DNA of 64,000 nt from a virus (lineage: Duplodnaviria > Caudoviricetes). Shown here piece by piece: positions 9,637-20,200 of this stretch. Positions within the stretch are counted from its first letter, which is position 1. Every line of letters begins with the position of its first letter. Both the position numbers and the translations under genes were made by a program. Location: IMG/VR virus record IMGVR_UViG_3300024346_000003. One strand, 5' to 3'. The notes under the pieces were generated by a model. That model worked only from the letters and a program-made list of their open reading frames with translations, was not told where the DNA came from and ran no database searches.

Positions 9637-12600
9637 TTAAACAGTTGCAATATATGTAGCATTTGTACTAGCCTTACAACCTTTTGAGTCAGTTACTGTT
9701 AATTTAATTTCAAAAGTACCATTTGTTAAATTAACCGTTGTTGCATTTATTGGTCCAATTTGTGGCGCTGCTGATGTATTACTAGTTAAAAATCCATAAT
9801 TAGAATATTTACCAGTTTGTGTTATAATTTCCCATAAATAAGCATATGGTCCTACACCATTTGATATTTGTGGTACTGAAACATTTATATCACTAACTTT
9901 AGTTACTATTCTAGGTATTGGTCCTAATGATATATTACATAATGGTGCTGGATTTGTTCCTGTACACCCAATTAAGCCAATAGATTTTTGATAAAATAAT
10001 TGATATAATAAGCTATTATTTGTTCCGTAAGTTGCATTTGCTTGAGCCAATGTTAATACCGCTTTACCTGTAGCTGTTAATCTACAAGCATATCCAATTT
10101 TATTTGTATATGGGTCTAAAATACTTTGGGGTATTGTATAGTTTAGTGGACAAAAACATGAATCTGATTGAACAGTAACTCTATATTGTGGTGTTCCAGT
10201 TGTTCCCCAGTTATTTTGTGGTGTTACAAATTTCAAATACATTTCATTATTTGTTGTATACATCTGACCTAATAATGGTCCAGCCAATCGCCATTGACAA
10301 CCTATATAACAACCACAACCCTTACCCCTATAAGCTGGTACGGTTGAATCACCTTTAATCGATGATTCTGCTGATACTTGAACCGTTGGTGATAATACTA
10401 GTGTTTTTGGTGTTGCTGGTGTTGCTGGTGTTGTAAAACCAAAGTTTGTAAATGTTGCGTGAGTTCCTGTTGGTATTGGTGTTGGGTTAATAGTTGGGGC
10501 TTTGCAGCAAATATAACCACTATTTGATAGTGTTGGTTTACCAGTTGTTGAGTTAATAATGTATTCATCATATAAATATGATGCACCGTTAACTATATTA
10601 TTACAACAAGTTGGTGATATAAATGGTGAAACGTAATATTGACTATTTAATGAACCATCAACATTATATGTTAAATAATTCCAATTAAAGACATATGGTG
10701 TATTATAGAAATTAGTATTTGTACTATCAACATATGTATAACCACTAATTCTTATACTACAATTATTAAATTGCTCAGCTTCTGTTAATTCATCTCGTTT
10801 AATATCAATAATTAATGATAAATCTTCAGTTGGTAAATCACAACCACAATCAGTTAATTCCGCTGTTGGGTGTGGGTCACTTATTATATCAGCAACATAT
10901 AAGAAACAATCATCTAATGTAACACCAGAATATGTTTCAATACCCACATAGGTATCACCACTATAATTGTTTATTAAACCATTATTATAATTTGTAAACA
11001 ACTCAACTACACTTGTTGTAAATGTTGATGTTGTTAACACAGTTGGTTGAAAATCAGGTAATAAACTTCTAAATTGGTTTATATATTCAACACCACCATC
11101 ATAAGGTCCGATGTGTGGGTTATTACCTTGATTGATTTGAGTCGCAGCATTTGCCCCACCAGTTTCTCTATACCATAAACCACCTTTTTGAAAATACATT
11201 GTTGGTGTGTCAGCTATTGTTTTTGGGAATCCGTCTGAATCAACATTATAAGATATTAAATCAGTATCATAATTATTTTCTAATAATACTGATTCAAATG
11301 AATCAATATCTATTTTATTTTTTGCGGCATATATATACTCATTCAAGTTTATTAAACCTTCTGGAGCACCAATAAATTTAAATAAGAATTCAACAGCTTT
11401 TCTAGTCCCTTTAGATTTGAATAACCAAGCTGAGTTTAATATAAGTCTTCTCCATAATTCAATTTCAGCCTCAGCTGCTGTTAAACCACGACTATAACCA
11501 GAATAAGATGGTGCTGGTACATTTAAATATGCTTTTAATAAATCATTTTCAATAACTGAACTAGTTAATTGCCAACCCATAACTCTGGCAATATATTTAA
11601 TCATTTGGTCAGGTGCATTGTTTTTCTTATCATAACTAACATTATTAGCATATGCAATACCATCTATATATTTTTTAACTTCATCAAATTCTCTACCGTA
11701 TATTTTTAATGTTTTGTTCATTTTTTGACCAGAAGTTTCTTCTTCAGTACCATCACATCTAGGTATGGTATCAAAATTTGAAATTGATTCACTCACTAAA
11801 AATCTGCTCATTAAGTCTGAATGTGTTTCATCTGTTGATATACAAATTTTTAATAATTCATTTACATAATTTACATATGCATTTGTACTAAAATCTAAAT
11901 TATAACCGTCACTTGTCGGCCAAACTACACTTGTGCTAGTATTATATATAAGTCCAGTATCAGTTAAATATTGATAATCAAACGTTGATTTGTATTTGGG
12001 TGTTGTTAATCTATTTAATAAATAATCTTCAAATGGTTCTAAACCCGCAAAGAATTTTTCACCTTCAGTATTATTTGGTTTTATATGATATGTTATATAT
12101 TGTGGTTGATTAACCGCTGTTGGGAATGGGTTACCATTAACAAGAATCATTACATAATCATCATACAAATTTGTTGAGCCAGTAAAATTTAATATTCGAT
12201 ATTCCTCATTATTATATAAAATGTTATAACTACTATAATTTACAACTAAATTTCTTAATTCATTACCATATGTGTTTAATAATATACCACCAGTGTTGTA
12301 TATAACATCATAATTATTAGCGAATGTATTAGTTTTAACTTTAAAATTAGAGGTGTTATTATAGAAATTATAAGTATAGTTTTCAATAGTGTATACCCCA
12401 TCATATGTTTGATTATCTATAGGTTTGACATGTATAGATGCTGGCCACTTTGTAATTATGGATTCTAATGTGACTCTCATGAATTCAGTTGATGACCCAA
12501 AATATGCAAAATTTGATAATTTTGTATTATCAATATTTAACTTGATATTAACATTTGCACTAAATACTAAATCAATAACTTCTGATGTTCCACCAATACT

Positions 12601-12828
12601 ATCTAACGTAAGGAAATCACTATAAGGTTTACTAGGGTAATTAATAACATCCCTACCTTCGGTATTTTTTGTTATAGCAAAATTACCATATGTGAATAAT
12701 GCGGTATTACTATCACTAGTAATTTGATTCCCCACTAAATCTGGTGTAAAATTTCTATATTCTATACCATTATTGTAAAAAACTCTTTGGGCATACCCAA
12801 CTACTTTTATTTTATCGTTTTCAGCCAT
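9637..12828 (-). CDS. Baseplate wedge protein (gp7/P2 gpI-like) with Cys-rich region and C-terminal SprB/Ig-like module
   Basis: WRRLILNSAWLFKSKGTRKAVEFLFKFIG resembles the P2 gpI/gp7 motif. C-terminus has GVGPYAYLW...FEIKLTVTDSKGC. Confidence 0.6.
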   Translation of the reverse strand: MAENDKIKVVGYAQRVFYNNGIEYRNFTPDLVGNQITSDSNTALFTYGNFAITKNTEGRDVINYPSKPYSDFLTLDSIGGTSEVIDLVFSANVNIKLNIDNTKLSNFAYFGSSTEFMRVTLESIITKWPASIHVKPIDNQTYDGVYTIENYTYNFYNNTSNFKVKTNTFANNYDVIYNTGGILLNTYGNELRNLVVNYSSYNILYNNEEYRILNFTGSTNLYDDYVMILVNGNPFPTAVNQPQYITYHIKPNNTEGEKFFAGLEPFEDYLLNRLTTPKYKSTFDYQYLTDTGLIYNTSTSVVWPTSDGYNLDFSTNAYVNYVNELLKICISTDETHSDLMSRFLVSESISNFDTIPRCDGTEEETSGQKMNKTLKIYGREFDEVKKYIDGIAYANNVSYDKKNNAPDQMIKYIARVMGWQLTSSVIENDLLKAYLNVPAPSYSGYSRGLTAAEAEIELWRRLILNSAWLFKSKGTRKAVEFLFKFIGAPEGLINLNEYIYAAKNKIDIDSFESVLLENNYDTDLISYNVDSDGFPKTIADTPTMYFQKGGLWYRETGGANAATQINQGNNPHIGPYDGGVEYINQFRSLLPDFQPTVLTTSTFTTSVVELFTNYNNGLINNYSGDTYVGIETYSGVTLDDCFLYVADIISDPHPTAELTDCGCDLPTEDLSLIIDIKRDELTEAEQFNNCSIRISGYTYVDSTNTNFYNTPYVFNWNYLTYNVDGSLNSQYYVSPFISPTCCNNIVNGASYLYDEYIINSTTGKPTLSNSGYICCKAPTINPTPIPTGTHATFTNFGFTTPATPATPKTLVLSPTVQVSAESSIKGDSTVPAYRGKGCGCYIGCQWRLAGPLLGQMYTTNNEMYLKFVTPQNNWGTTGTPQYRVTVQSDSCFCPLNYTIPQSILDPYTNKIGYACRLTATGKAVLTLAQANATYGTNNSLLYQLFYQKSIGLIGCTGTNPAPLCNISLGPIPRIVTKVSDINVSVPQISNGVGPYAYLWEIITQTGKYSNYGFLTSNTSAAPQIGPINATTVNLTNGTFEIKLTVTDSKGCKASTNATYIATV

Positions 12829-12836
12829 TTCTATAA

Positions 12837-13748
12837 TTAAACATTACTAATATCATTAAAAACTTTGGTGAAATCAATATTCACTTTTTGTTCTTTAATT
12901 TCATACAACGGTTTACCTGTAAATCTATCTTTAATCTCATAAAGATTGTATTGTTTATAAATATCATTATTAAAATTATATAATGTATAAACTCCATCTT
13001 CAAGCGATTTACTTTGATTTCCAAATAGACCAATAGCTAATGTTTCTATATCATGTTCAACAACTTCAACTTCCAATACAAATGGATTAAAATAAGTATT
13101 GGTTATTATAATTTCTTGATTTGGTTGACCTATAAATGGGAATACATTCGGTGTAACGTTCGATTCTGAACTAGGTGATACAGTACAAAAAACTAATGTT
13201 GAATTGTCATTAAATCTATATCTAATTGCTTTTTGATTAGCATTTGTTAAATTTTGGTTGACTGGTTCAGCTCTATTGTTTGAGGTAACAACTCTAAAGA
13301 AATTTCTAAGTTTTAAATCAGTAGAACTTGGATTTGGTGTTAGATATTCAATTCTATAACCAGCTAAATTATTATTTTCAAATTTATCAGCAAATGCTGA
13401 AATAGCTGGGTCGGAACCATCAAGTACAATACCTTTTATATCTGGTGATGATGATAATACACCACAATCCACAATTGTTGTTCTTATTTCAACTGGTTTT
13501 ATTGCAATTGTATAAATACCTACAGCACCAAAATCACCAAGTGGTAATTTTAATGTATATAACCCGCCAAAAATTTCAAAACCAATACCAGTTTTATTTG
13601 GGTTGTCTATTTGAATTAAATTAGAAGATGCTAATTTAAAACTTCTAGTAGTTTGTATATTCCTATTTGGTGAGTAGAAAACTGTAATTTCTACATCACT
13701 AGGGTTAACGTCTGCTGGTCTAACTATACCGTATGCTCCTGTTGCCAT
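12837..13748 (-). CDS. Hypothetical protein, baseplate/tail cluster
   Basis: 303-aa ORF tightly packed in the structural operon; no recognisable catalytic motif. Confidence 0.5.
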   Translation of the reverse strand: MATGAYGIVRPADVNPSDVEITVFYSPNRNIQTTRSFKLASSNLIQIDNPNKTGIGFEIFGGLYTLKLPLGDFGAVGIYTIAIKPVEIRTTIVDCGVLSSSPDIKGIVLDGSDPAISAFADKFENNNLAGYRIEYLTPNPSSTDLKLRNFFRVVTSNNRAEPVNQNLTNANQKAIRYRFNDNSTLVFCTVSPSSESNVTPNVFPFIGQPNQEIIITNTYFNPFVLEVEVVEHDIETLAIGLFGNQSKSLEDGVYTLYNFNNDIYKQYNLYEIKDRFTGKPLYEIKEQKVNIDFTKVFNDISNV

Positions 13749-13754
13749 GTCTTT

Positions 13755-14621
13755 TTATGTTAATATATTATAATATCCGTTTCCGTAATTTATTAGGTCA
13801 CCCAACGATGATACTTCACCCAATTGTAAATGGCTTTGTATTACTGTTGTTGCACCTCTATCTATAAATAGTTCGTTTTGTACTTTTGGTGTCTCTGTTA
13901 TATGTAATAAATATTCTTCAATAGTCAATGCTGATAAACTAGAATTAGTTTTATTAGTACCTTGACCATGATAATACATCTGGGTTATTGGTATTTCGTT
14001 AATATTATCAAGTCTTGTGCTACCTGAATAAGTTTTAAATAAAATACCATCACCCTGTAATGTTGTACCCAAATTTGGGTCATTTAATTTAGCATCCTCA
14101 GTATAAATTATTGGGTTGAAGTCATTTAAACTAATAACTCTAGTTATTCCACTTACCATTGAATTAACATAGTTAAAATAAATACCTTTTTCTAAATCAA
14201 AACCTGGTATATATTTAGTATTACCAGTATAACCATAACTACTAACATTTTCTAACCTATCTTCAGTTAATCCAGTTACAATTATATTATTAGTAAAATA
14301 ATCTGAAACAATTCTGTTTTTATATCTAACATCACTAAAATTAGTACCACTTGGGAAAAAGTTTGCTCCTTGTTGAGTGATAAAGTTAAAATTACCACCA
14401 CCGTAATAATTTAATTTTTCTGGTATTGGTGCGTAAGTTAATGTTGATGCATTTTTATCAAAAGTAATATATGGAAAATCCATAAACTTACCAATATCTT
14501 TAAGTTCTTGCGTTAAAAATATATTAACGTTAAAAGATGTTGCAGTTATTGAACCATAACCGCTATCTGGATTTTTACTAATATAATCTTCTAATAATAT
14601 TTTTATTTTTTTAGTTTCCAT
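13755..14621 (-). CDS. Hypothetical structural protein
   Basis: 288 aa; start overlaps the upstream stop; four [ST]GxT motifs. Confidence 0.5.
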   Translation of the reverse strand: METKKIKILLEDYISKNPDSGYGSITATSFNVNIFLTQELKDIGKFMDFPYITFDKNASTLTYAPIPEKLNYYGGGNFNFITQQGANFFPSGTNFSDVRYKNRIVSDYFTNNIIVTGLTEDRLENVSSYGYTGNTKYIPGFDLEKGIYFNYVNSMVSGITRVISLNDFNPIIYTEDAKLNDPNLGTTLQGDGILFKTYSGSTRLDNINEIPITQMYYHGQGTNKTNSSLSALTIEEYLLHITETPKVQNELFIDRGATTVIQSHLQLGEVSSLGDLINYGNGYYNILT

Positions 14622-15481
14622 TAAATTGCAGTTATTTGGTATAAATCAATTATATAATCGTTAGATATAACCTGAACATTTGTTGAGTAATTAGTATCTA
14701 TCTCATAATAATGTTGACCATTATTTGTTTTTAATATATATTTTGTAAAAATATTATTTGTCGAATTTTGACTAGTAGATACTAAATTGTCAATAGTTGT
14801 TGTTGTACTACTTGTTGACATTAAACCAACCGTTTTACCATTTTTAGCATTATTAAATTCAGCTCGCATATATAATTCTTTAGGTGCATCAACTGTGACT
14901 TCATCTTTAAAGTTATATATAAAAAATCCTTCACCATTTAGACTTCTATTTGCTATTGAATTACCTAAAATAAATTGAGTTTTTAAATTATTAACGGGTG
15001 TAATTGTACCCCATGGTGTTAAACCACCAGTTGAATAATCACTTGGGTTTATCTTAGTGAATAATGTTATAAATGATATTAAACGCTGTGTTATTGGTGA
15101 ATCACTATCATAAAAATTTAATCTTAAAAATGTTTTAGTAAAAGCTTTTTTTCTAAATTTAATATCAAAATTATCAAAACCAATATCACCAAAATAACTA
15201 GATGGGTTAAATTGATTACTGCTAGTTAAAAAATGAACCTTGTATATAATATTATCAATAAATGACATTGAGTCACCATTTAATGTTACTGGGTTAAATC
15301 TAACTTTATCATAATCTAAAATAGTATTTATACTTTTTTGTATTTCAGCATTAACGAATTTAGTTTGAATTATCTCATCTTGGTCAACCAATTGGTACGT
15401 CATATTTACAGGTATACTAATGGTTGCACCAGTAGTTGTTGCAAATTTAGTAAAATTTATAGTATATTTATTAACAGACAT
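14621..15481 (-). CDS. Hypothetical structural protein (start revised from 15526 to 15481/15484)
   Basis: ATG-ATG at 15484/15481 (MSVNKY) overlaps the end of the upstream gene, consistent with translational coupling. Confidence 0.5.
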   Translation of the reverse strand: MSVNKYTINFTKFATTTGATISIPVNMTYQLVDQDEIIQTKFVNAEIQKSINTILDYDKVRFNPVTLNGDSMSFIDNIIYKVHFLTSSNQFNPSSYFGDIGFDNFDIKFRKKAFTKTFLRLNFYDSDSPITQRLISFITLFTKINPSDYSTGGLTPWGTITPVNNLKTQFILGNSIANRSLNGEGFFIYNFKDEVTVDAPKELYMRAEFNNAKNGKTVGLMSTSSTTTTIDNLVSTSQNSTNNIFTKYILKTNNGQHYYEIDTNYSTNVQVISNDYIIDLYQITAI

Positions 15482-17249
15482 CATCAGCTTGTTTAGTAGT
15501 AAAGTTATTTTGAATACCGTCACCATTTACATCATATGGGTAATCCTCATTGAATTGTAAACCGAAGAATCCAAATGGGTCTTGTCTTCTAGTATAAATA
15601 CATAAGTTTTGATACATATAGTGACAACCATTTAAAAATGGGTAATTAACAGTTTCTTCTTGACCATCATTAACACCTATAGGTAATAAATCTCGCCAAA
15701 GGTATCTACCATCGCCTAAATTTTCAGCATATTCTGGAATACCAACAACACTTTCATCACCTTGTTCAACATAATTGGAGTATTCTTTAATTTTAATTTT
15801 ATAATGTGGATAATAAATATAACCTTCATTTCTAGGTCCTTTTAAAAGTCCACCATCAATTGGTTTTGAAGTTGTAGCTTCTCTATCAACAGTATTGAAT
15901 CTATGCATAATATTGATTAATGGTGTTTCTTTAGCTTCATATTTACTATATTCACAAATATCACCATAATAATCTTGATTTGTTATATTAACATCATTTT
16001 CCACTGGGGTTTGACTTTCAAATGGTGCCAATGGTAATGAACTTGTATGCATTTTTCTAATATTACTTACCTTCCTACCATCAACGGTATTTGTAATTAC
16101 ATTACCTGATTTATTTTCTAAATCAAAACCAGATATTGTTTTAGTGAAAATAGTTCCAGATTTAGTTTTAACCATCGTTAAATATAATTCACTTAATGGT
16201 CTACCTAGGTTATCTGCTAAATCACTTATATCAATATCATCATTAAACGTTATTTGGTAATTTTGGTCATTATATATGTTTTGACTAAATGCTAATGGAT
16301 ATGATTCATAACTATCTTGAGTTAATTCAGTTTGAGAATCGAAAGCTTTAATCTTTTTAAATTTTCTTAAATAATAAGTTACCTCTTTACCATAGTATAA
16401 CCTTTTCATTCTACCATCTGTAAACGTAATCCCAACAACAGCGGTGGTTGGGTCTATTTCAACAACAAAAAATGTTTCTTTACTGTCACCATTATCTAAC
16501 CCTAGTGCTATAACATTAAAGTCACCATTCATACTAATAGTTGGCATATTAGTTAACCTAACTGTGTCACCAACTATTAAGTTGTGTGGTACTGCTGAAC
16601 CTAAAGCTACCATACCAACACCACCCATATCTCGAACTTCAGCACTTGTGATTAATAACCCATTTTTAACTAAATGATGTTGATTATTTGAAGCATATGG
16701 GTAAGTAATTGTGAATTCCCAATTTCTAATATCATTATAACTATTTAGGTCAAATCGATGTCTAGTTGGTTCCATATCATAGAATGAACAAAAACCAAAT
16801 GTTTTAATATCTGGATTATAAAACCCAAACCAACCATCAATTTCCTTTAAATGCTTTTCAAGTGATTGTCTATATGTTAAATCATTAGCACCAACAAAAT
16901 CATTATCTAATGGGTCAGATTTAAATATATAACCATCAAACGTTTGATAACCATATGATTTATCATAACTAATACCATTTGTAACACCAAACGAGGATGG
17001 TCCTTTGTCACCACTAATGTTAAACAATACATTACTAAATATTGGTGATAGTGTATTTACTATTCTATACCTAGTTGAAACTTGTCTTTCACCATCAAAA
17101 ATATCACCGACATTAACTATTCGATTTATTTTACCTGGTGGTAATAATTTAATTTCAGATTCTAAATTAACATTAAAATACCCGTCAACATTAGCTGCAC
17201 CTTGAAACTTTGTTTTATTTAATCTATATTTTACTCGTCCTATCGCCAT
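15471..17249 (-). CDS. Hypothetical structural protein
   Basis: 592 aa, coupled to its neighbours; the segment HNLIVGDTVRL resembles a beta-barrel module of phage tail proteins. Confidence 0.5.
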   Translation of the reverse strand: MAIGRVKYRLNKTKFQGAANVDGYFNVNLESEIKLLPPGKINRIVNVGDIFDGERQVSTRYRIVNTLSPIFSNVLFNISGDKGPSSFGVTNGISYDKSYGYQTFDGYIFKSDPLDNDFVGANDLTYRQSLEKHLKEIDGWFGFYNPDIKTFGFCSFYDMEPTRHRFDLNSYNDIRNWEFTITYPYASNNQHHLVKNGLLITSAEVRDMGGVGMVALGSAVPHNLIVGDTVRLTNMPTISMNGDFNVIALGLDNGDSKETFFVVEIDPTTAVVGITFTDGRMKRLYYGKEVTYYLRKFKKIKAFDSQTELTQDSYESYPLAFSQNIYNDQNYQITFNDDIDISDLADNLGRPLSELYLTMVKTKSGTIFTKTISGFDLENKSGNVITNTVDGRKVSNIRKMHTSSLPLAPFESQTPVENDVNITNQDYYGDICEYSKYEAKETPLINIMHRFNTVDREATTSKPIDGGLLKGPRNEGYIYYPHYKIKIKEYSNYVEQGDESVVGIPEYAENLGDGRYLWRDLLPIGVNDGQEETVNYPFLNGCHYMYQNLCIYTRRQDPFGFFGLQFNEDYPYDVNGDGIQNNFTTKQADDVC

Positions 17250-17250
17250 A

Positions 17251-20200
17251 TTAATTAGGTTGTGTTAATAATACCCCTTGTGGTGTTGAACCATTAACTG
17301 CGGTTCCGTTATTATTTTTATATGAATAACATCCATAAGGGCTATTAGTCCCGTAATTAGAATCTTGTGCACCACCATTTGTACCAGTATTAGTCATAGC
17401 AATTTTACCTCTAAACATGGCATATGTATTTTGTTGATTACCATCTGTTAAATAGTAATCAAACTGTAATGGATAAATTGGAACGCCACCTGGTGCGTCA
17501 CTAGCCCAGAATTGGAACTCATATGTTGGTGAACTATTTATTTGTGTTGTTGATTCATATAATGTATAATTTGGTTGGAGTACTTGGTATGTACTCACTG
17601 GTAAGTTTTGAGTATATGGATTACCTAAATTAATCCAGTTACCATTTGGTAATCTAAAGTGGTACGGTCCACCATGACCACCATTAAACCTAATTATTAT
17701 TCTACTAATTGAATCACCATTCGAATCTGTATAAGTTTTAGAGAACGCTCTAACATATAACTCACCATATAGTGGGAACGGTACAACATAATTTTCTGAA
17801 ACTTGACAATTGTTTTGGTCAGTCACTGTTACTACATATGGTATTTGTTGGCCCGTTTGTGGGTCAACAATACTAGCCTTCAATCCATCTACATTGATAA
17901 TACCATTTGGTTGGTTTAATAACATTTGATTTACCTCACCAATAACCTCTACTGAGTATGGTGGTGTTTGACCATTAATTGTTAATTGAATACTACCACT
18001 TGGACTTAATGCACAACCAGGTGGATATGTTTGTGCTGAAATTAAAGTCTCTGGTGGTTCGTTAATCACAACTGTAGCACTTTCAGTATTACCAGCTAAA
18101 TCAATAATATTAATTGTATAAGACCCCGCTGGTAATTCATTTGCTAATATATTTGTACTTACTATTGATGAAACTAACCCTTGATTATTAGGGTTGTTAC
18201 TAGCTGTTAATATCCATTCGATATCATATGGTGGTATACCACCAACCAATGTGACTTGACCATTACCAAACCCATTATAACAAGTTGCATCAGAAACAAC
18301 TGGTTGTATTGTAATATTTAATGGTTGTGTTATTAACACATAATCTGAACACTCAGTATTAATTGTTGTTTGTTGACCACCTATAATCGCTTGTATGCCA
18401 CTATCTGTTACTGTAACGATATATTCACCTGGTGGTAATAGATTTGTCGCATTTGGGATATCATTTGGACCTGTACAATTACCATAACAATATGTATTTT
18501 GTGGTGTGCTCATTTGTTGGTTAAATGAACCATCAGTCACACCTTGGATTTCAATATTATATGGGGCAACACCACCATTTATAGTTATTGATATTTTACC
18601 ATTACCGCTTGCGTTACTTGGTGATGGGCTTATTTGACATTGTACACCATCAATACCTGAAACCGTTACCGTTGTAGTGGCATTTAAACCACCAGCATCT
18701 GAAACAACTAAGGTATATTCACCACCTAATAAATTATCTAAACTAAATTGACTACCATCTGCGTTTCCACAATCAGTTTGTGATAATGTTCCGTCTGGAC
18801 TTGGACATTGGTATTGTAATCCACTGTAATTTGGACCTAACCACTGATAAGTATATGGACCAACACCACCTTCAATATGAAATTCTATTTGACCAGTACC
18901 AAGTCCAATGATATTATCATCAAGAATATTATCTATTATAATCGCTAAATCTGATTTTTCACTTTTTATACAAACTGGGAAATATCTCAGTAACATTTTT
19001 TGTAACGCACTATTACCTGGAATTAACCCAAAATAGAAATAAAGTGAATTTTTAAAGAACCATAATGATGGGTTTTGTGATGTTAAAGTATCATAACCTC
19101 TAAATGTTTTATAATATTGGTCTTGATAATTGATACTTCCACCATTATCTATAAAAACTAATGGTATATTATTTAATACTGTTGGGTAATTTAAATATGT
19201 GAATGCACCTCTAACCCATGGGTTTTCGATATCAGCATTCGTTATTCTATTATCAACTGGTGTTCCAAGACCAGTTGTTGGGTCTCTTCTATCTTCATCT
19301 GTACCCATTCCTAATTCACATAACCTTTTAATATTATTACAATTATCTGAATCAGTTCCAACACCTAAACATGTTATTTTCGCAATTAAAGAACCTGAAC
19401 TACTTCCAGGTGTATCCCACCCAGATTCTTGTATTTCATTTGGATATGGTTGTTCGTTTGGTAAATAATACTCTGGTGTTAATGGTGGGATGTTATACGT
19501 TGTGTCAACCAAATATCTATAAAATTTAGGGGCACCTTGCCAGTCACAATCGAATACAGCACCTAGACTAACTATCTTTGTTGAGTATAATCTTATATTA
19601 TTTTTTGACATAGCAGCATAATATAATTCACCTTCAACATTATCTTTTTTGATTAAACCTTCACGTATTTCATCATCTTTTAAACTATTTACATCATTAA
19701 ATGGTGCACCCACCGTACTCGAACTTTGTGGTGTTGCTACTGTACATGTATCAACTATTGATATAGTTCTACATCTATTGTCCTCAACCCCATCTTGGTT
19801 ATTATCTACACCGTTTATATCATCTTCACAATCATAATCACAAAAAACTTCCCTACCTTTACCTTTTCTTTTTGTTTTGTATTTTAATAAATAAGCGTAT
19901 AATGTTCCATTAACCCAATCATTATAAAAATCAAATTTTAGAAGACCTAATGCATCAGCTAAAACAGTGGTTATACAGTTTAACCATATCTCATTATCTG
20001 GGTCTGGTATATTAGGTTGTTCAGTTGCTGGGTAACCAGGATTAGCAGTATTACAACCAATACAATATTTATCATCATTACAACCTATTAATATGTAAGC
20101 TATATAGTTTATCGAGAATATTGAATTAAGTATTTCAATTATATTATTTATTAACCCTATTACTTTATTTATAGCATATAAAATAGTCCCAAATATACTG

